Below are positions 13,707-15,093 of a stretch of DNA of 15,093 nt, one piece after another. The notes under the pieces are model-generated. The model was not told the DNA's origin. It did no database searches and saw only the letters and a list, made by a program, of their open reading frames with translations. Position numbers and translations under genes: made by a program. This stretch comes from an uncultured Flavobacteriales bacterium (lineage in GTDB: Bacteria > Bacteroidota > Bacteroidia > Flavobacteriales_E > Vicingaceae), in assembly GCA_963977515.1 (NCBI GenBank), contig CAXBPN010000031.1:1-15093 (forward strand). The letters are read 5' to 3'. Every line of letters starts with the position of its first letter. Positions within the stretch are counted from its first letter, which is position 1.

Positions 13707-14511
13707 CTTCTAATATTATTGTCTTCTCTGCTTCCGACATTTTAGTCATGCCGTTTTTCTGAAGAATTTCTCTTGCTAAATTCAAATAATTAATAGATCC
13801 TTTACAGCTAGCATCGTGCATAATTATAGTTTGTCCATGACTTGGCGCTTCTCCTAGTCGAGTATTTCGTTGAATAATGGTATCAAACATCATTTGTTGG
13901 AAGTGTGTTTTTACCTCTTCAACAACTTGGTTTGATAATCTTAAACGAATATCATACATGGTTAATAATAACCCTTCAATATCTAAATCAGGGTTTAATC
14001 TTGATTGAACAATCTTAATTGTATTTAACAACTTACCCAAACCTTCTAAAGCAAAATACTCACATTGAATAGGTATAATAACAGAATCTGCAGCGGTTAA
14101 CGAGTTTATTGTAATTAAGCCTAATGAAGGAGAGCAGTCAATTATTATAAAATCGTAATCACCTTTAATTTTAGCCAAAGATGCTCTCATCATTTTTTCA
14201 CGGTTCGGCAAATTGATTAATTCAATTTCAGCTCCTACCAAATCAATATGAGCAGGTAATATATCTAAATTAGGAGATTCGGTATGTAAAATAGCATCTT
14301 GGGGTTCAATTTCGTTAATTAAACATTCATACACACTATTTTTAATGTTTCGAGGATCAAATCCAACTCCCGATGTAGAATTGGCTTGAGGATCTGCATC
14401 AACCAAAAGTACTTTATACTCTAAAACACCCAATCCTGCTGCTAAATTAATAGCTGTGGTTGTTTTACCTACCCCACCTTTTTGATTTGATATTGCAATT
14501 ATTTTTCCCAT
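13699..14511 (-). CDS. parA: Chromosome partitioning ATPase ParA/Soj
   Basis: Deviant Walker A KIIAISNQKGGVGKTTTAINLA, LLVDADPQANST and Walker B-like FIIIDCSPSLG. It lies directly upstream of and overlapping parB. Confidence 0.93.
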   Translation of the reverse strand: MGKIIAISNQKGGVGKTTTAINLAAGLGVLEYKVLLVDADPQANSTSGVGFDPRNIKNSVYECLINEIEPQDAILHTESPNLDILPAHIDLVGAEIELINLPNREKMMRASLAKIKGDYDFIIIDCSPSLGLITINSLTAADSVIIPIQCEYFALEGLGKLLNTIKIVQSRLNPDLDIEGLLLTMYDIRLRLSNQVVEEVKTHFQQMMFDTIIQRNTRLGEAPSHGQTIIMHDASCKGSINYLNLAREILQKNGMTKMSEAEKTIILEDE

Positions 14512-14580
14512 GTTTATATTTTGGTGTTAAAAGTTTAAGATTTCTGGTTTAAAGTTAAAACAAACTCGAAACATTAAACC

Positions 14581-15093
14581 TTAAATTATTTTTGTTTGTC
14601 CTATTTCAACTAAAATTAATTCTTTTCCTTTTTCTGCAAATTTTCTTATTGCTTCGGTTTTGTCTATTTCTATATATCCAAAAGTATCGTAATGAACCCC
14701 TACAATTTTATCGCAATTAATAAAATCAGCAGCAACAATAGCATCCTCAATTCCCATTGTAAAATTGTCGCCAATAGGTAAAACGGCAAAATCCAATTTA
14801 TGGTATTTACCAATCAATTTCATATCTAAATGCAAAGCCGTATCTCCTGCATAATAAAAATTACCATTTTCTGAACTAACAATAAAACCACCAGGATTTC
14901 CACCATAAGCACCATCAGGCATTACGCTTGAGTGGTCAGCTTTTACATATTTTATCTTCCCAAAATCAAATTTCCACGAACCACCAAAATTCATTGGATG
15001 TCCATTTTCTAATCCCTTATTTTGAAACCAAGAAACGATTTCGAAATTTGAAACAATTTTAGCTCCTGTTCTTTTCGCAATTTTTTCAGCATC
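14581..15093 (-). CDS. Metal-dependent hydrolase, MBL fold (UPF0173-like), C-terminal portion (5' end outside the window)
   Basis: The reading frame is open to the window edge: DAEKIAKRTGAKIVSNFEIVSWFQNKGLENGHPMNFGGSWKFDFGKIKYVKADHSS...YYAGDTALHLDMKLIG...VLPIGDNFTMG...VGVHYDTF. This is the typical UPF0173 beta-lactamase-fold pattern. The Met at 14994 in the ORF track is internal. Confidence 0.75.
   Translation of the reverse strand, partial: DAEKIAKRTGAKIVSNFEIVSWFQNKGLENGHPMNFGGSWKFDFGKIKYVKADHSSVMPDGAYGGNPGGFIVSSENGNFYYAGDTALHLDMKLIGKYHKLDFAVLPIGDNFTMGIEDAIVAADFINCDKIVGVHYDTFGYIEIDKTEAIRKFAEKGKELILVEIGQTKII

Noticed and set aside
14546-14580. 7-bp inverted repeat GGTTTAA/TTAAACC next to the MBL-hydrolase stop, as a terminator before parA
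   Set aside because: The stem is short and AT-rich, the loop is 21 nt and no U-tract follows on the transcribed strand. This is too weak to call.
1-15093. Search for tRNA/rRNA genes, CRISPR repeats, transposase or integrase genes, toxin-antitoxin or defence-system genes, and parS (TGTTNCACGTGAAACA-like) sites
   Set aside because: I found none on either strand. All long ORFs are accounted for by recognisable housekeeping or enzyme families, and no regularly spaced direct repeats are present.

Overview
AT-rich chromosomal segment with the hallmarks of a Flavobacteriia (Bacteroidota) core-genome region: a T9SS C-terminal sorting domain, DUF5683 and DUF5684-type proteins, TAnnTTTG-like boxes and no obvious Shine-Dalgarno sequences. 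I support 15 protein-coding genes. The plus-strand block (1-6864) is recR (3' part), a GT2 glycosyltransferase fusion, serC, serA (short form without an ACT domain), a DUF1015 protein, yggS and an RluE-like pseudouridine synthase. The minus-strand block (15093 down to 6952) is an MBL-fold hydrolase (partial), parA, parB, a DUF5683 envelope protein, dapB, two tandem signal peptidase I paralogues, and a secreted GH18 + CBM5/12 + T9SS-CTD chitinase. I found no tRNA, rRNA, CRISPR array, transposase, integrase or recognisable defence or toxin genes. I do not see a clear-cut novel multi-gene system; the window is mostly housekeeping. The items most worth a second look are listed here. (1) The uncharacterised DUF1015 gene sits between serC-serA and the PLP-homeostasis gene yggS. 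(2) The uncharacterised DUF5683 gene is tightly coupled to parAB. (3) Several intergenic palindromic or structured elements stand out: a 78-bp element with perfect 12-bp arms at 4073-4150, a REP-like palindrome at 11260-11336, a nested hairpin leader at 6231-6286, and mirrored C-free/G-free blocks at 6852-6964. (4) The chitinase looks like an accessory gene within conserved synteny. (5) The tandem LepB pair has a DUF5684-like N-terminal fusion on the first copy. Functional links are inferences from motifs and gene order, and none could be checked against databases here.
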